From the NCBI GenBank assembly GCA_002269645.1, contig NIVC01001350.1:1-64000 (forward strand): a DNA stretch of 64,000 nucleotides, read 5' to 3'. Below the pieces are notes generated by a model, which searched no databases, was not told the origin of the DNA, and was given only the letters and a program-made list of their open reading frames with translations. The DNA comes from Macrostomum lignano. Taxonomy: Eukaryota. The translations under genes were made by a program, and so were the position numbers. Below are positions 34,655 through 46,990 of the stretch, piece after piece (the first letter of the stretch is position 1; each line of letters opens with the position of its first letter).

Positions 34655-36100
34655 TTTTAGACACTCCCAGATCCCCATTTTAGACACTCCCAGATCCCCA
34701 TTTTAGACACTCCCAGATCCTCATTTTAGACACTCCCAGATCCCCATTTTAGACACTCCCAGATCCCCATTTTAGACACTCCCAGATCCCCATTTTAGAC
34801 ACTCCCAGATCCTCATTTTAGACACTCCCAGATCCCCATTTTAGACACTCCCAGATCCCCATTTTAGACACTCCCAGATCCTCATTTTAGACACTCCCAG
34901 ATCCCCATTTTAGACACTCCCAGATCCCCATTTTAGACACTCCCAGATCCCCATTTTAGACACTCCCAGATCCCCATTTTAGACCCCCCAGATCCCCATT
35001 TTAGACACTCCCAGATCCCCATTTTAGACACTCCCAGATCCCCATTTTAGACTCCCAGATCCCCATTTTAGACACTCCCAGATCCCCATTTTAGACACTC
35101 CCAGATCCCCATTTTAGACACTCCCAGATCCCCATTTTAGAAACTCCCAGATCCCCATTTTAGACTCCCAGATCCCCATTTTAGACACTCCCAGATCCCC
35201 ATTTTAGACACTCCCAGATCCCCATTTTAGACACTCCCAGATCCCCATTTTAGACACTCCCAGATCCCCATTTTAGACACTCCCAGATCCCCATTTTAAA
35301 CACTCCCAGATCCCCATTATAGACACTCCCAGATCCCCATTATAGACACTCCCAGATCCCCATTTTAGACACTCCCAGATCCCCATTTTAGACTCCCAGA
35401 TCCCCATTTTAGACACTCCCAGATCCCCATTATAGACACTCCCAGATCCCCATTATAGACACTCCCAGATCCCCATTATAGACACTCCCAGATCCCCATT
35501 TTAGACACTCCCAGATCCCCATTTTAGACACTCCCAGATCCTCATTTTAGACACTCCCAGATCCCCATTTTAGACACTCCCAGATCCCCATTTTAGACAC
35601 TCCCAGATCCCCATTTTAGACACTCCCAGATCCCCATTTTAGACTCCCAGATCCCCATTTTAGACACTCCCAGATCCCCATTTTAGACTCCCAGATCCCC
35701 ATTTTAGACACTCCCAGATCCCCATTATAGACACTCCCAGATCCCCATTATAGACACTCCCAGATCCCCATTATAGACACTCCCAGATCCCCATTTTAGA
35801 CACTCCCAGATCCCCATTTTAGACACTCCCAGATCCCCATTTTAGACACTCCCAGATCCCCATTTTAGACACTCCCAGATCCCCATTTTAGACACTCCCA
35901 GATCCCCATTTTAGACTCCCAGATCCCCATTTTAGACACTCCCAGATCCCCATTTTAGACTCCCAGATCCCCATTTTAGACACTCCCAGATCCCCATTTT
36001 AAACACTCCCAGATCCCCATTATAGACACTCCCAGATCCCCATTATAGACACTCCCAGATCCCCATTTTAGACACTCCCAGATCCCCATTGCCAGCCACA
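34655..36100. repeat. Minisatellite, 23-bp unit TTTTAGACACTCCCAGATCCCCA
   Basis: About 60 near-identical copies ending next to the stop codon of the minus-strand gene. Confidence 0.95.
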
Positions 36101-36114
36101 GATCCCAGATCCGC

Positions 36115-39100
36115 TCAAGATGTGAACATGCATGCAGTGGCGGCCATAGCTGGAGCAAGTACCCAGCAACAGTAATTTATTGTCAGAAAATTCTTCCCAG
36201 AATATCCCATCAGCGATCCGCCATTAGCCGCAACTCGCTGTTGAGTCCAGATGCCGATAGCCTGATCGTAGCGCTTGTCAGAGTAGCCTCCATCGCAGCC
36301 GATCTCAAACCGCCTCAAGGTGTTTCGCAGCCTCACCAGCACTGAGAACAGGCTGCCGGCAGACAGTCCGCACTGCTCAGTCATGGCGTTCTCCAAGCAG
36401 TGACTGGCCCGCCTCCACGCCCCGGCAAGGTGTGCCTCGGTCCAGCTGGCATGGCTGGTGCAGCGGATCTGCCACAGGCTGAAATGGATTCTGCCGGCCC
36501 GGCGTTCTGCAGCTGCGCACTTTGACAGCGCGGCTGAGCGCATGCAGCCGAGGCTGCGTCTGAACGCTGAGGTGGTGGCGGGATTTGCGGCCTGAAGCTG
36601 GGCCTCCCTGTCCTGAATATTTGCCCCCCCCTGTCCTGAAGTTGTATTCTCCCTGTCCTGAATATTTGCTCCCCCTGCCCTGAAGTTGTATTCTCCCTGC
36701 CCTGAGGTTTGGCTCTCCCTGCCCTGAAGCTGTACATGTATTCTCCCTGTCCCTGAGGTTTGGCTCTCCCTGCCCTGAAGTTGTATTCTCCCTGTCCTGA
36801 ATATTTGCCCCCCCCGTCCTGAAGTTTTATTCTCCCTGTCCCTGAGGTTTGGCTCTCCCTGCACTGAAGTTGTATTCTCCCTGTCCTGAGGTTTGGCTCT
36901 CCCTGTCCTGAAGTTTTGCTCACGCTGTCCTGATGGGTTTTGATTTTCCTGTCCTGAGGTTTGTCTCTCCCTGTCCTGAGGTTCGGCCCTCCCTCTCCTG
37001 AGGTTTTTCCCTCCCTGTCCTGAGGTTTGGCTCCCTCTGTCCGGAGGTTCGGCTCTCCCTGTCCTGGGGTTCGGCTCTCCCTGTCCTGAGGTTTGTCTCT
37101 CCCTGTCCTGAGGTTCGGCCCTCCCTCTCCTGAGGTTTGTCCCTCCCTGTCCTGAGGTTTGGCTCTCCCTGTCCTGAGGTTCGGCTCTCCCTGTCCTGAG
37201 GTTCGGCTCTCCCTGTCCTGAGGTTTGTCTCTCCCTGTCCTGAGGTTCGGCCCTCCCTCTCCTGAGGTTTGTCCCTCCCTGTCCTGAGGTTCGGCTCTCC
37301 CTGTCCTGAGGTTCGGCTCTCCCTGTCCTGAGGTTCGGCTCTCCCTGTCCTGAGGTTCGGCTCTCCCTGTCCTGAGGTTTGCACATCTGTATTTGAACAT
37401 TGAACTGCTCTACAAGCATTAAGAATCACACCTGGCACGCGCGAGCAGACAAACTTGAGTTGATGAACTGTCACCTTCCAGTCAAAAGTGGCTCGAATCA
37501 GATCGAACCCGGCGGGGCAGGAATCTCGGACTCGGCGAGCTCCAGCTTCGTAGCTTTGCAGAGCTCTGCGAGGGTAGGTTGGAGGGATTTCCCACCTGCC
37601 AGATGGACTATTCCACTTAAATTTCCCATCCGTCAGCCTGGGAAAACCAGGGATTCTCTCCCGAGGATTTCCCACATTCCAGGTAGGGAATCCCAACAAT
37701 TCTCTCCAGTGGATTTCCCACATTCCAGACTGGGAAACCCAAGGATTCTCTCCAGTGGATTTCTCACATTCCAGGTAGGGAATCCCAAGGATTCTCTCCC
37801 GTCGATTTCCCACACTCCAGGCAGGGAAGCCCAGGGATTCTCTCCCGTGGATTTCCCACATCCCAGGTAGGGAATCCCAAGGATTCTCTCCCGTGGATTT
37901 CCCACATCCCAGTAGGGAATCCCAAGGATTCTCTCCCGTGGATTTCCCACATTCCAGACTGGGAATTCCAAGGATTCTCTCCCGTGGATTTCCCACATTC
38001 GAGGCAGGGAATCCCAGGGATTCCTTATCAGAGATTTCCCACTCGTCCAGTCGCTCACCCACAGATCCCGTCTTTGCCAGTCAGTTTGGTCTCGGCGGCG
38101 GCTGTGAGCACGGGATGCACCGCCTGAATTCCCGAGTCCCGGATAGCGCTCTCAAATTCCATGCGAATTTGCCTGAGCCGCCCCTGAAAGCCGGGCTGGC
38201 AGGCAACCGAGTAGTTGAAGGCTGAGCAGCGAGGGAAAAGAGGGGATTACGTACGCGATATGGGGTGTGCAATATTTGGGAGAAATTTGAGAACTAGCTC
38301 ATCATTTTTACCCAGGACACCTGGCCTTTTGTGCTTAGTCGAAAAGAAACTATTTTTAAAAATGATTTCGAGAAGGACAGACGTAAATTCTTGTGGAGTA
38401 GTTCTCCAGGGAGCCGCTGCTACCCCTTATCCTCTTCTGAGCCGCTGCAATACCCTCTGGTCCTCTTCTTGGCTGCTGCAATACCCTCTGGTCCTCTTCT
38501 TGGCCGCTGCAATACCCTCTGATCCTCTTCTTTGCCGCTGCAATACCCTCTGGTCCTCTTCTTGGCCACTGCAATACCATCTGGTCCTCTTCTTGGCCAC
38601 TGCAATACCCTCTGGTCCTTTTCTTGGCTGCTGCAATACCCTCTGGTCCTCTTCTTGGCCGCTGCAATACACTCTGGTCCTCTTCTTGGCCACTGCAATA
38701 CCCTCTCGTCCTCTTCTATGGCCACTGCAATACCCTCTGGTCCTCTTCTTGGCTGCTGCAATACCCTCTGGTCCTCTTCTTGGCCGCTGCAATACCCTCT
38801 GATCCTCTTCTTTGCCGCTGCAATACCCTCTGGTCCTCTTCTTGGCCACTGCAATACCCTCTGGTCCTCTTCTTGGCCACTGCAATACCCTCTGGTCCTT
38901 TTCTTGGCCGCTGCAATACCCTCTGGTCCTCTTCTTGGCCGCTGCAATTCACTCTGGTCCTCTTCTTGGCCACTGCAATACCCTCTGGTCCTCTTCTATG
39001 GCCACTGCAATACCCTCTGGTCCTCTTCTTGGCAGCTGCAATACCCTCTGGTCGTCTTCTTGGCAGCTGCAATACCCTCTGGTCCTCTTCTTGGCCGCTG

Positions 39101-41265
39101 CAATACACTCTGGTCGTCTTCTTGGCCACTGCAATACCCTCTGGTCCTCTTCTGGGCCGCTGGTCCTGCTCTAGTTGGCTACTCACCATACCGCGGTCTC
39201 TCAAAGCTGTAAGCCTCACGGCATTTGGCCAGCCCCAGCATCCCGACAGCGACAGGTCGGAAACGGTCCTCAGCTCGAGCCCCGTTCGAGCAGCCAGTTC
39301 TCACTAGGGCGGCCAGGCAGCCCAGGTACTCGTTGCTAAGGACGCACTGTCCGGCCCGACGCAGCCGGTTGCGCAGAGAGTACACCTGGCCGCACCGCTG
39401 GGCCAAGTAGCCGCTCAGCTGAGCTGCTATGCAGTGTGCTGAGCCGGCGTAATCTGAATGCCAGGTGAACAAGAGCTGCGACTTTTTAATAATTTCAAAC
39501 TCACAACTATGCATAGCAACTAACCGCGCAAGCCTCTTCTACTTGTATGAGTTACTAAGAGTACTGTTCGAATTTCTAATTTCCCTCATCTCATTGAGCC
39601 GCCTCACCCGGCTGGCAGACGTGTCTGTCATACGCTTCTAATCTGAAGAAGTACTCGCTGCTCTTCTGCTGCCACCAGGTGCACCGGGACCAGCGGCTGC
39701 CTTCACGTTGCAGCACCGAGTCTTGACAAGGGATGTAGGCCTTCAGACTGCTGCGTTATGAGCATTTGGGTGGGAGAAGCTTTCCGTTTGTTTGTGCTTC
39801 AGGGCTTGTGTTTCAGGGTTTGTGTATCCGGGTTTGTGTTTCAGGGTTTGTGTATCCGGGTTTGTGTTTCAGGGTTCGTATTTTGGGGCGGCTGTTTAGA
39901 GGTTTGCTCAACACCTGACACAGCAGCTCAGCTCACACCTGACACAGCAGCTCAGCTCACACCTGACACAGCAGCTCAGCTCACACCTGACACAGCAGCT
40001 CAGCTCACACCTGACACAGCAGCTCAGCTCACACCTGACACAGCAGCTCAGCTCACACCTGACACAGCAGCTCAGCTCACACCTGACACAGCAGCTCAGC
40101 TCACACCTGACACAGCAGCTCAGCTCACACCTGACACAGCAGCTCAGCTCACACCTGACGCAGCAGCTCAGCTCACACCTGACACAGCAGCTCAGCTCAC
40201 ACCTGACACAGCAGCTCAGCTCACACCTGACACAGCAGCTCAGCTCACACCTGACACAGCAGCTCACCTCACACCTGACACAGCAGCTCAGCTCACACCT
40301 GACACAGCAGCTCAGCTCACACTTGACACAGCAGCTCAGCTCACACCTGACACAGCAGCTCAGCTCACACCTGACACAGCAGCTCAGCTCACACCTGACA
40401 CAGCAGCTCAGCTCACACTTGACACAGCAGCTCAGCTCACACCTGACACAGCAGCTCAGCTCACACTTGACACAGCAGCTCAGCTCACACCTGACACAGC
40501 AGCTCAGCTCACACCTGACACAGCAGCAGCTCAGCTCACACCTGACACAGCAGCCCCACCAACCTGCAGAGTTGCGGCTGCAGCTCCGCTGAATGCAAGC
40601 TCAGCTGCATCACTGTTGCCAGGCCGGCAGTCTTGGACTCCTGAGAATACCGGATGAGCTGACTGCGCGGCCCCGGCCCGAGACTGCTCAGGCAGGGGTC
40701 CATCGCCAGGTCGAACCGAAGCTCCGAGCACCAGCGGGTGCCGTTCTCAACTTCATGAGCGGCAGCTGCACATTGCGTAGAAAAATCGGTTTTTTAATTT
40801 CAACAACTAGAGGCAAGATGCTTCTACAACTTTATTTTAGCCAGTATTCACTCTGCTATCTGCGGCAACCCACAGTTCAAAAGCCTGGGGGGGGTCGCCA
40901 CACAGCCTCAATTATCCCAGCTAATGCTGGCATCCATTTTACAGCTGGATGAACTGAAGCATCGCAGAGTTAAGTGTCTTGCTCAAGGACACAAGTTGTT
41001 CCAGTGGGATCGGGAATCGAACCCCCGACCTTCAAGTCGTGAGTCCGACGCTCCATCCACTAGGCTACAACCCCCTCATGAGCACATGTACAAGCGCGCC
41101 AATTTCAAAATTTGATTAGAATATAATTTTAGATTAAAAAAAGACTCAGTTTAACATTTATAGTTCATCCCGTGACCTTAGATGTTACTCACCGATCAGC
41201 ACTGCCGTCGCTACGACTAGAAGCTCCTGAAAGATTCTCTGTCCATCGGACGCTAAGTGCTTCAT
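36115..41265 (-). CDS. Uncharacterised secreted, probably GPI-anchored, Cys-rich protein with two internally duplicated domains, 477 aa
   Basis: Exons 41265-41193, 40765-40564, 39750-39608, 39453-39187, 38221-38059, 37565-37432 and 36566-36115 (1434 nt). All introns are GT-AG, phases 1,2,1,1,2,1 join without a stop. Starts MKHLASDGQRIFQELLVVATAVLIA (signal-like) and ends YCCWVLAPAMAATACMFTS* (hydrophobic tail). Confidence 0.85.
36605..37382. repeat. Intronic minisatellite, 22-bp unit CCCTGTCCTGAGGTTCGGCTCT
   Basis: Last intron of the minus-strand Cys-rich gene. Confidence 0.95.
37640..38040. repeat. Intronic minisatellite, ~46-bp unit GGGAATCCCAAGGATTCTCTCCCGTGGATTTCCCACATTCCAGGTA
   Basis: Intron 5 of the Cys-rich gene. 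Confidence 0.9.
38415..39165. repeat. Intronic minisatellite, 31-bp unit GCCGCTGCAATACCCTCTGGTCCTCTTCTTG
   Basis: Intron 4 of the Cys-rich gene. Confidence 0.95.
39805..39888. repeat. Short 14-bp-unit array GGGTTTGTGTTTCA (same family as 41675-43295)
   Basis: Intron 2 of the Cys-rich gene. Confidence 0.8.
39908..40553. repeat. Intronic minisatellite, 24-bp unit ACACCTGACACAGCAGCTCAGCTC
   Basis: Intron 2 of the Cys-rich gene; the TPDTAAQL ORF is an artefact. Confidence 0.95.
40825..41075 (-). mobile_element. tRNA-derived SINE, near full length, in intron 1 of the Cys-rich gene
   Basis: Reverse complement GGGGGTTGTAGCCTAGTGGATGGAGCG (A box)...GGTTCGATTCC (B box, 41013-41023), then GTGTCCTTGAGCAAGACACTTAAC..CAGTTCATCCAGCTGTAAATGG, a core resembling conserved metazoan SINE central domains; second copy at 1221-1345. 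Confidence 0.8.
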
Positions 41266-41674
41266 TGTTATATGGCGCTGTGGTTTCGAGCTGGTTTGCT
41301 TCTTTTGCTTCTTTAAAAGTTGCTTCAAGATCTGCAAATTCGTCCCGATTGGACCAATCCGGCAGAATTCAATTATCGATGAGGCCTCCATTCAGCTTCC
41401 TCACTCTGCCCTGATAATTACTGCAGACTGGCTGATGAAGCTGCCTGAGCAGCTGATTGAGTACAGAAATTGAGCCCCCCCGATGTTCATCGAATTTTGC
41501 AACCCCCATCATGCTTGCCAGAGTTCTGTGGACCCAATAAAACCGATGTCATATGAAGGACTCTCTTCACAGATAGCGAAAAACGCTATTTGCACTACTC
41601 GTTAAACTACTTATACTGTACTAAACTGGCAACTTGACTGAAACTTGTTGATAGGGGCGTTTTAAGGTGTGAGT

Positions 41675-43295
41675 TTAAGGGTTTGTGTTTAGGGGTTTGT
41701 GTTTTGGGGTTTGTGTTTCAGGGTTTGTGTTTTGGGGTTTGTGTTTAGGGGTTTGTGTTTTGGGGTTTGTGTTTCAGGGTTTGTGTTTTGGGGTTTGTGT
41801 TTTGGGGTTTGTGTTTCAGGGTTTGTGTTTTGGGGTTTGTGTTTTGGGCTTTGTGTTTCAGGGTTTGTGTTTCAGGGTTTGTGTTTCAGGGTTTGTGTTT
41901 TGGGGTTTGTGTTTTGGGATTTGTGTTTTGGGGTTTGTGTTTTGGGGTTTGTGTTTTGGGCTTTGTGTTTTGGGGTTTGTGTTTTGGGCTTTGTGTTTTG
42001 GGGTTTGTGTTTTGAAGTTTGTGTTTTGGGGCTTGTGTTTTGGGGTTTGTGTTTTGGGGTTTGTGTTTTGGGGTTCGTGTTTCAGGGTTTGTGTTTTGGG
42101 GTTTGTGTTTTGGGCTTTGTGTTTTGGGGTTCGTGTTTCAGGGTTTGTGTTTCAGGGTTTGTGTTTTGGGCTTTGTGTTTTGGGGTTTGTGTTTTGAAGT
42201 TTGTGTTTTGGGCTTTGTGTTTTGGGGTTTGTGTTTCAGGGTTTGTGTTTTGGGGTTTGTGTTTTGGGGTTTGTGTTTCAGGGTTTGTGTTTTGGGGTTT
42301 GTGTTTTGGGGTTTGTGTTTTGGGGTTTGTGTTTTGGGGTTTGTGTTCTGGGGTTTGTGTTCTGGGCTTTGTGTTCTGGGCTTTGTGTTTTGGGGCTTGT
42401 GTTTTGGGTTTGTGTTTTGGGGCTTGTGTTTTGGGGTTTGTGTTTTGGGGTTTGTGTTTTGGGGTTTGTGTTTTGGGCTTTGTGTTTTGGGATTTGTGTT
42501 TTGGGGTTTGTGTTTTGGGCTTTGTGTTTTGGGCTTTGTGTTTTGGGGTTTGTGTTTTGAAGTTTGTGTTTTGGGCTTTGTGTTTTGGGGTTTGTGTTTT
42601 GGGGTTTGTGTTTTGGGGCTTGTGTTTTGGGGTTTGTGTTTTGGGGTTTGTGTTTTGGGCTTTGTGTTTTGGGGTTTGTGTTTTGGGGTTTGTGTTTTGG
42701 GGCTTGTGTTTTGGGGTTTTTGTTTTGGGGTTTGTGTTTTGGGGTTTGTGTTTCAGGGTTTGTGTTTTGGGGTTTGTGTTTTGGGGTTTGTGTTTTGGGG
42801 TTTGTGTTTTGGGCTTTGTGTTTTGGGCTTTGTGTTTTGGGGTTTGTGTTTTGGGCTTTGTGTTTTGGGCTTTGTGTTTTGGGGTTTGTGTTTTGAAGTT
42901 TGTGTTTTGGGGCTTGTGTTTTGGGGTTTGTGTTTTGGGGTTTGTGTTTTGGGGTTTGTGTTTCAGGGTTTGTGTTTTGGGGTTTGTGTTTTGGGCTTTG
43001 TGTTTTGGGGTTTGTGTTTTGAAGTTTGTGTTTTGGGGTTTGTGTTTTGGGGTTTGTGTTTTGGGGTTTGTGTTTTGGGCTTTGTGTTTTGGGGTTTGTG
43101 TTTTGGGCTTTGTGTTTTGGGCTTTGCGTTTTGGGGTTTGTGTTTTGAAGTTTGTGTTTTGGGGCTTGTGTTTTGGGGTTTGTGTTTTGGGGTTTGTGTT
43201 TTGGGGTTTGTGTTTTAGGGTTTGTGTTTCAGGGTTTGTGTTTTGGGCTTTGTGTTTTGGGGTTTGTGTTTTGAAGTTTGTGTTTTGGGTTTTGC
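41675..43295. repeat. Minisatellite, 14-bp unit GGGGTTTGTGTTTT, over 100 copies
   Basis: Explains the GFVFWGLCFGVCVL / KPQNTNPKTQTPKH ORFs. Confidence 0.95.
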
Positions 43296-43345
43296 GTTTC
43301 ATTGTAATTAAAGGTTAGCAGTAAAGTGTTTAATTTAAGTGAGTT

Positions 43346-44795
43346 AGGGTGTCAGTTGTCAGCGTGTCAGTTGTCAGGGTGTCAGTTGTCAGGGTGTTAG
43401 TTGTCAGGGTGTCAGTTGTCAGGGTGTCAGTTGTCAGGGTGCCAGTTGTCAGGATGTCAGGGTGTCAGTTGTCAGGATGTCAGGGTGTCAGTTGTTAGGG
43501 TGTCAGTTGTCAGGATGTCAGGGTGTCAGTTGTCAGGGTGTCAGTTGTCAGGGTGTCAGTTGTCAGGGTGTCAGTTGTCAGGGTGCCAGTTGTCAGGATG
43601 TCAGTTATCAGGGTGTCAGTTGTCAGGGTGTCAGTTGTCAGGGTGTCAGGGTGCCAGTTGTCAGGGTGTCAGTTGTCAGGGTGTCAGTTGTCAGGGTGTC
43701 AGTTTTCAGGGTGTCAGTTGTCAGGATGTCAGTTGTCAGGGCGTCAGTTGTCAGGGTGTCAGTTGTCAGGGTGTCAGTTGTCAGGGTGTCAGTTGTCAGG
43801 GTGTCAGTTGTCAGGGTGCCAGTTGTCAGGATGTCAGGGTGTCAGTTGTCAGGATGTCAGGGTGTCAGTTGTTAGGGTGTCAGTTGTCAGGATGTCAGGG
43901 TGTCAGTTGTCAGGGTGTCAGTTGTCAGGGTGTCAGTTGTCAGGGTGCCAGTTGTCAGGATGTCAGTTATCAGGGTGTCAGTTGTCAGGGTGTCAGTTGT
44001 CAGGGTGTCAGGGTGCCAGTTGTCAGGGTGTCAGTTGTCAGGGTGTCAGTTGTCAGGGTGTCAGTTGTCATGGTGCCAGTTGTCAGGGTGTCAGTTGTCA
44101 GGGTGTCAGGGTGTCAGTTGTCAAGGTGTCAGTTGTCAGGATGTCAGGGCGTCAGTTGTCAGGGTGTCAGGGTGTCAGTTGTCAGGATGTCAGTTGTCAG
44201 GGTGCCAGTTGTCAGGATGTCAGTTGTCAGGGCGTCAGTTGTCAGGGTGTCAGTTGTCAGGGTGTCAGTTGTCAGGGTGTCAGGGTGTCAGTTGTCAGGG
44301 TGCCAGTTGTCAGGGTGTCAGTTGTCAGGGTGCCAGTTTTCAGGGTGTCATTTGTCAGGGTGTCAGGGTGTCAGTTGTCAGGGTGCCAGCTGTCAGGGTG
44401 TCAGTTGTCAGGGTGTCAGGGTGTCAGTTGTCATGGTGTCAGTTGTCAGGGTGTCAGTTGTCAGGGTGTCAGGGTGTCAGTTGTCAGGGTGCCAGTTGTC
44501 AGGGTGTCAGTTGTCAGGGTGTCAGGGTGTCAGTTGTCAAGGTGTCAGTTGTCAGGATGTCAGGGCGTCAGTTGTCAGGGTGTCAGGGTGTCAGTTGTCA
44601 GGGTGTTAGTTGTCAGGGTCTCAGTTGTCAGGGTGTCAGGGTGTCAGTTGTCAGGGTGTCAGTTGTCAGGGTGCCAGTTGTCAGGGTGTCAGTTGTCAGG
44701 GTGTCAGGGTGTCAGTTGTCAAGGTGTCAGTTGTCAGGATGTCAGGGCGTCAGTTGTCAGGGTGTCAGTTGTCAGGAGTTGTCAGGGATGTCAGT
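43346..44795. repeat. Minisatellite, 15-bp unit TCAGTTGTCAGGGTG with 7-bp sub-unit slippage
   Basis: Explains the SGCQL / VSVVR ORFs. Confidence 0.95.
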
Positions 44796-45060
44796 TGGCT
44801 TGGAAACCAAACTGTGCGCATTGCCAGCGCCCTCGCAAACCTCTGATGGGGAGGAGTTTTATTAAAAAGCAACTTTGTTCTCATCAGATTCTTCTTCCCA
44901 ATGCAAAAAACGCGGCCAGCTCTTACTGCCCAATTAGTCATGCGAGTCGGAGCTCCAGTTTTGCGGCAGAGGGGAAAAAAAGCACAAAACAGCGCAGCCG
45001 AGGTTGCGCCAAAGGAAGTCGCAGATTTTCTTTCAGCCACCAGAGCGGCACGGAGAGCTC

Positions 45061-45062
<2 letters not shown>

Positions 45063-45142
<80 letters not shown>
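45063..45142. repeat. (CT)n microsatellite
   Basis: About 40 dinucleotide units. Confidence 0.95.
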
Positions 45143-45597
45143 ATCGAACAGACTTTTGCCCTGGCTGTTTGCCTGCCTGTCCTGCACAGGCCGAAATAAT
45201 CCGCCCAAGCAACTCCCATCCCCACATCCGGCTGGGACTGACATCCCCCCCCCCCGGGTAATCAATTCGCCCCCCCCCCTCCCGGCTGCGGATGCTCCGA
45301 GAGCTGCTCAGGGTGACGGAGACCAGACGGAGGGCGAGACTTCTGCCACATTGTGGCGACAGCTACGGGGCTGCCCTTGGAACTTTGACCAGCGGCTTTT
45401 AGTGGTCCTAACAGAAAATCGACTCTGTCAAATTGCAAAACGGATTAAACTAAAGAATGAGAACAGACTTAATTTGAGCTGGGCATTTTCTAGCTCAAAT
45501 ATTTGATTTTATAAAATTAATTATTTTTTTGATGAACCATTTACACAGCTTTACAAATAAAGTTAGTTGGCTCAAACCTTCAAAAGAGAAAAACTAG

Positions 45598-46990
45598 ATA
45601 GTCACACCTGACAACCAAATAGTCACACCTGACAACCAATTAGTCACACCTGACAACCAATTAGTCACACCTGACAACCAAATAGTCACGCCTGACAACC
45701 AAATAGTCACACCTGACAACCAAATAGTCACACCTGACAACCAAATAGTCACACCTGACAACCAAATAGTCACACCTGACAACCAAATAGTCACGCCTGA
45801 CAACCAAATAGTCACACCTGACAACCAAATAGTCACGCCTGACAACCAAATAGTCACACCTGACAACCAAATAGTCACACCTGACAACCAAATAGTCACA
45901 CCTGACAACCAAATAGTCACACCTGACAACCAATTTGTCACACCTGATAATCAAATAGTCACACCTGATAATCAAATAGTCACACCTAACAACCAAATAG
46001 TCACACCTGACAACCAATTAGTCACACCTGATAATCAAATGGTCACACCTGACAGCCAAAGTGGCTCACACCTGACAACCAAATAGTCACACCTGACAAC
46101 CAATTAGTCACACCTGATAATCAAATGGTCACACCTGACAGCCAAAGTGGCTCACACCTGACAACCAAATAGTCACACCTGACAGCCAAAGTGGCTCACA
46201 CCTGACAACCAAATAGTCACACCTGACAACCAATTTGTCACACCTGACAACCAAATAGTCACACCTGACAACCAAATAGTCACACCTGACAACCAAATAG
46301 TCACACCTGACAACCAAATAGTCACACCTGACAACCAAATAGTCACGCCTGACAACCAAATAGTCACACCTGACAACCAAATAGTCACACCTGACAACCA
46401 AATAGTCACACCTGACAACCAATTTGTCACACCTGATAATCAAATGGTCACACCTGACAGCCAAAGTGGCTCACACCTGACAACCAAATAGTCACACCTG
46501 ACAACCAATTTGTCACACCTGACAACCAAATAGTCACACCTGACAACCAATTTGTCACACCTGATAATCAAATAGTCACACCTGATAATCAAATGGTCAC
46601 ACCTGACAGCCAAATTGGCTCACACCTGACAACCAAATAGTCACACCTGATAATCAAACAGTCACACCTGACAACCAATTAGTCACACCTGATAATCAAA
46701 TGGTCACACCTGACAACCAAAGAGTCACACCTGATAATCAAATAGTCACACCTGACAGCCAAATTGGCTCACACCTGACAACCAAATAGTCACACCTGAT
46801 AATCAAACAGTCACACCTGACAACCAATTAGTCACACCTGATAATCAAATGGTCACACCTGACAACCAAAGAGTCACACCTGATAATCAAATAGTCACAC
46901 CTGACAGCCAAATTGGCTCACACCTGACAACCAAATAGTCACACCTGATAATCAAACAGTCACACCTGACAACCAAAGTGGCTCACACCT
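45598..46990. repeat. Minisatellite, 21-bp unit CACACCTGACAACCAAATAGT
   Basis: Over 60 copies with variant blocks. Confidence 0.95.

Noticed and set aside
39758-40657. TPDTAAQL mucin- or antifreeze-like ORF on the + strand
   Set aside because: It is the 24-bp array inside intron 2 of the minus-strand gene
41000-41075. A second tRNA gene
   Set aside because: A and B boxes are present but there is no proper acceptor stem or terminator, and it runs into a SINE body
41685-45199. Long GFVFWGLC, KPQNTNPK and SGCQL ORFs
   Set aside because: Translations of the 14-bp and 15-bp arrays; no unique coding sequence or splice context
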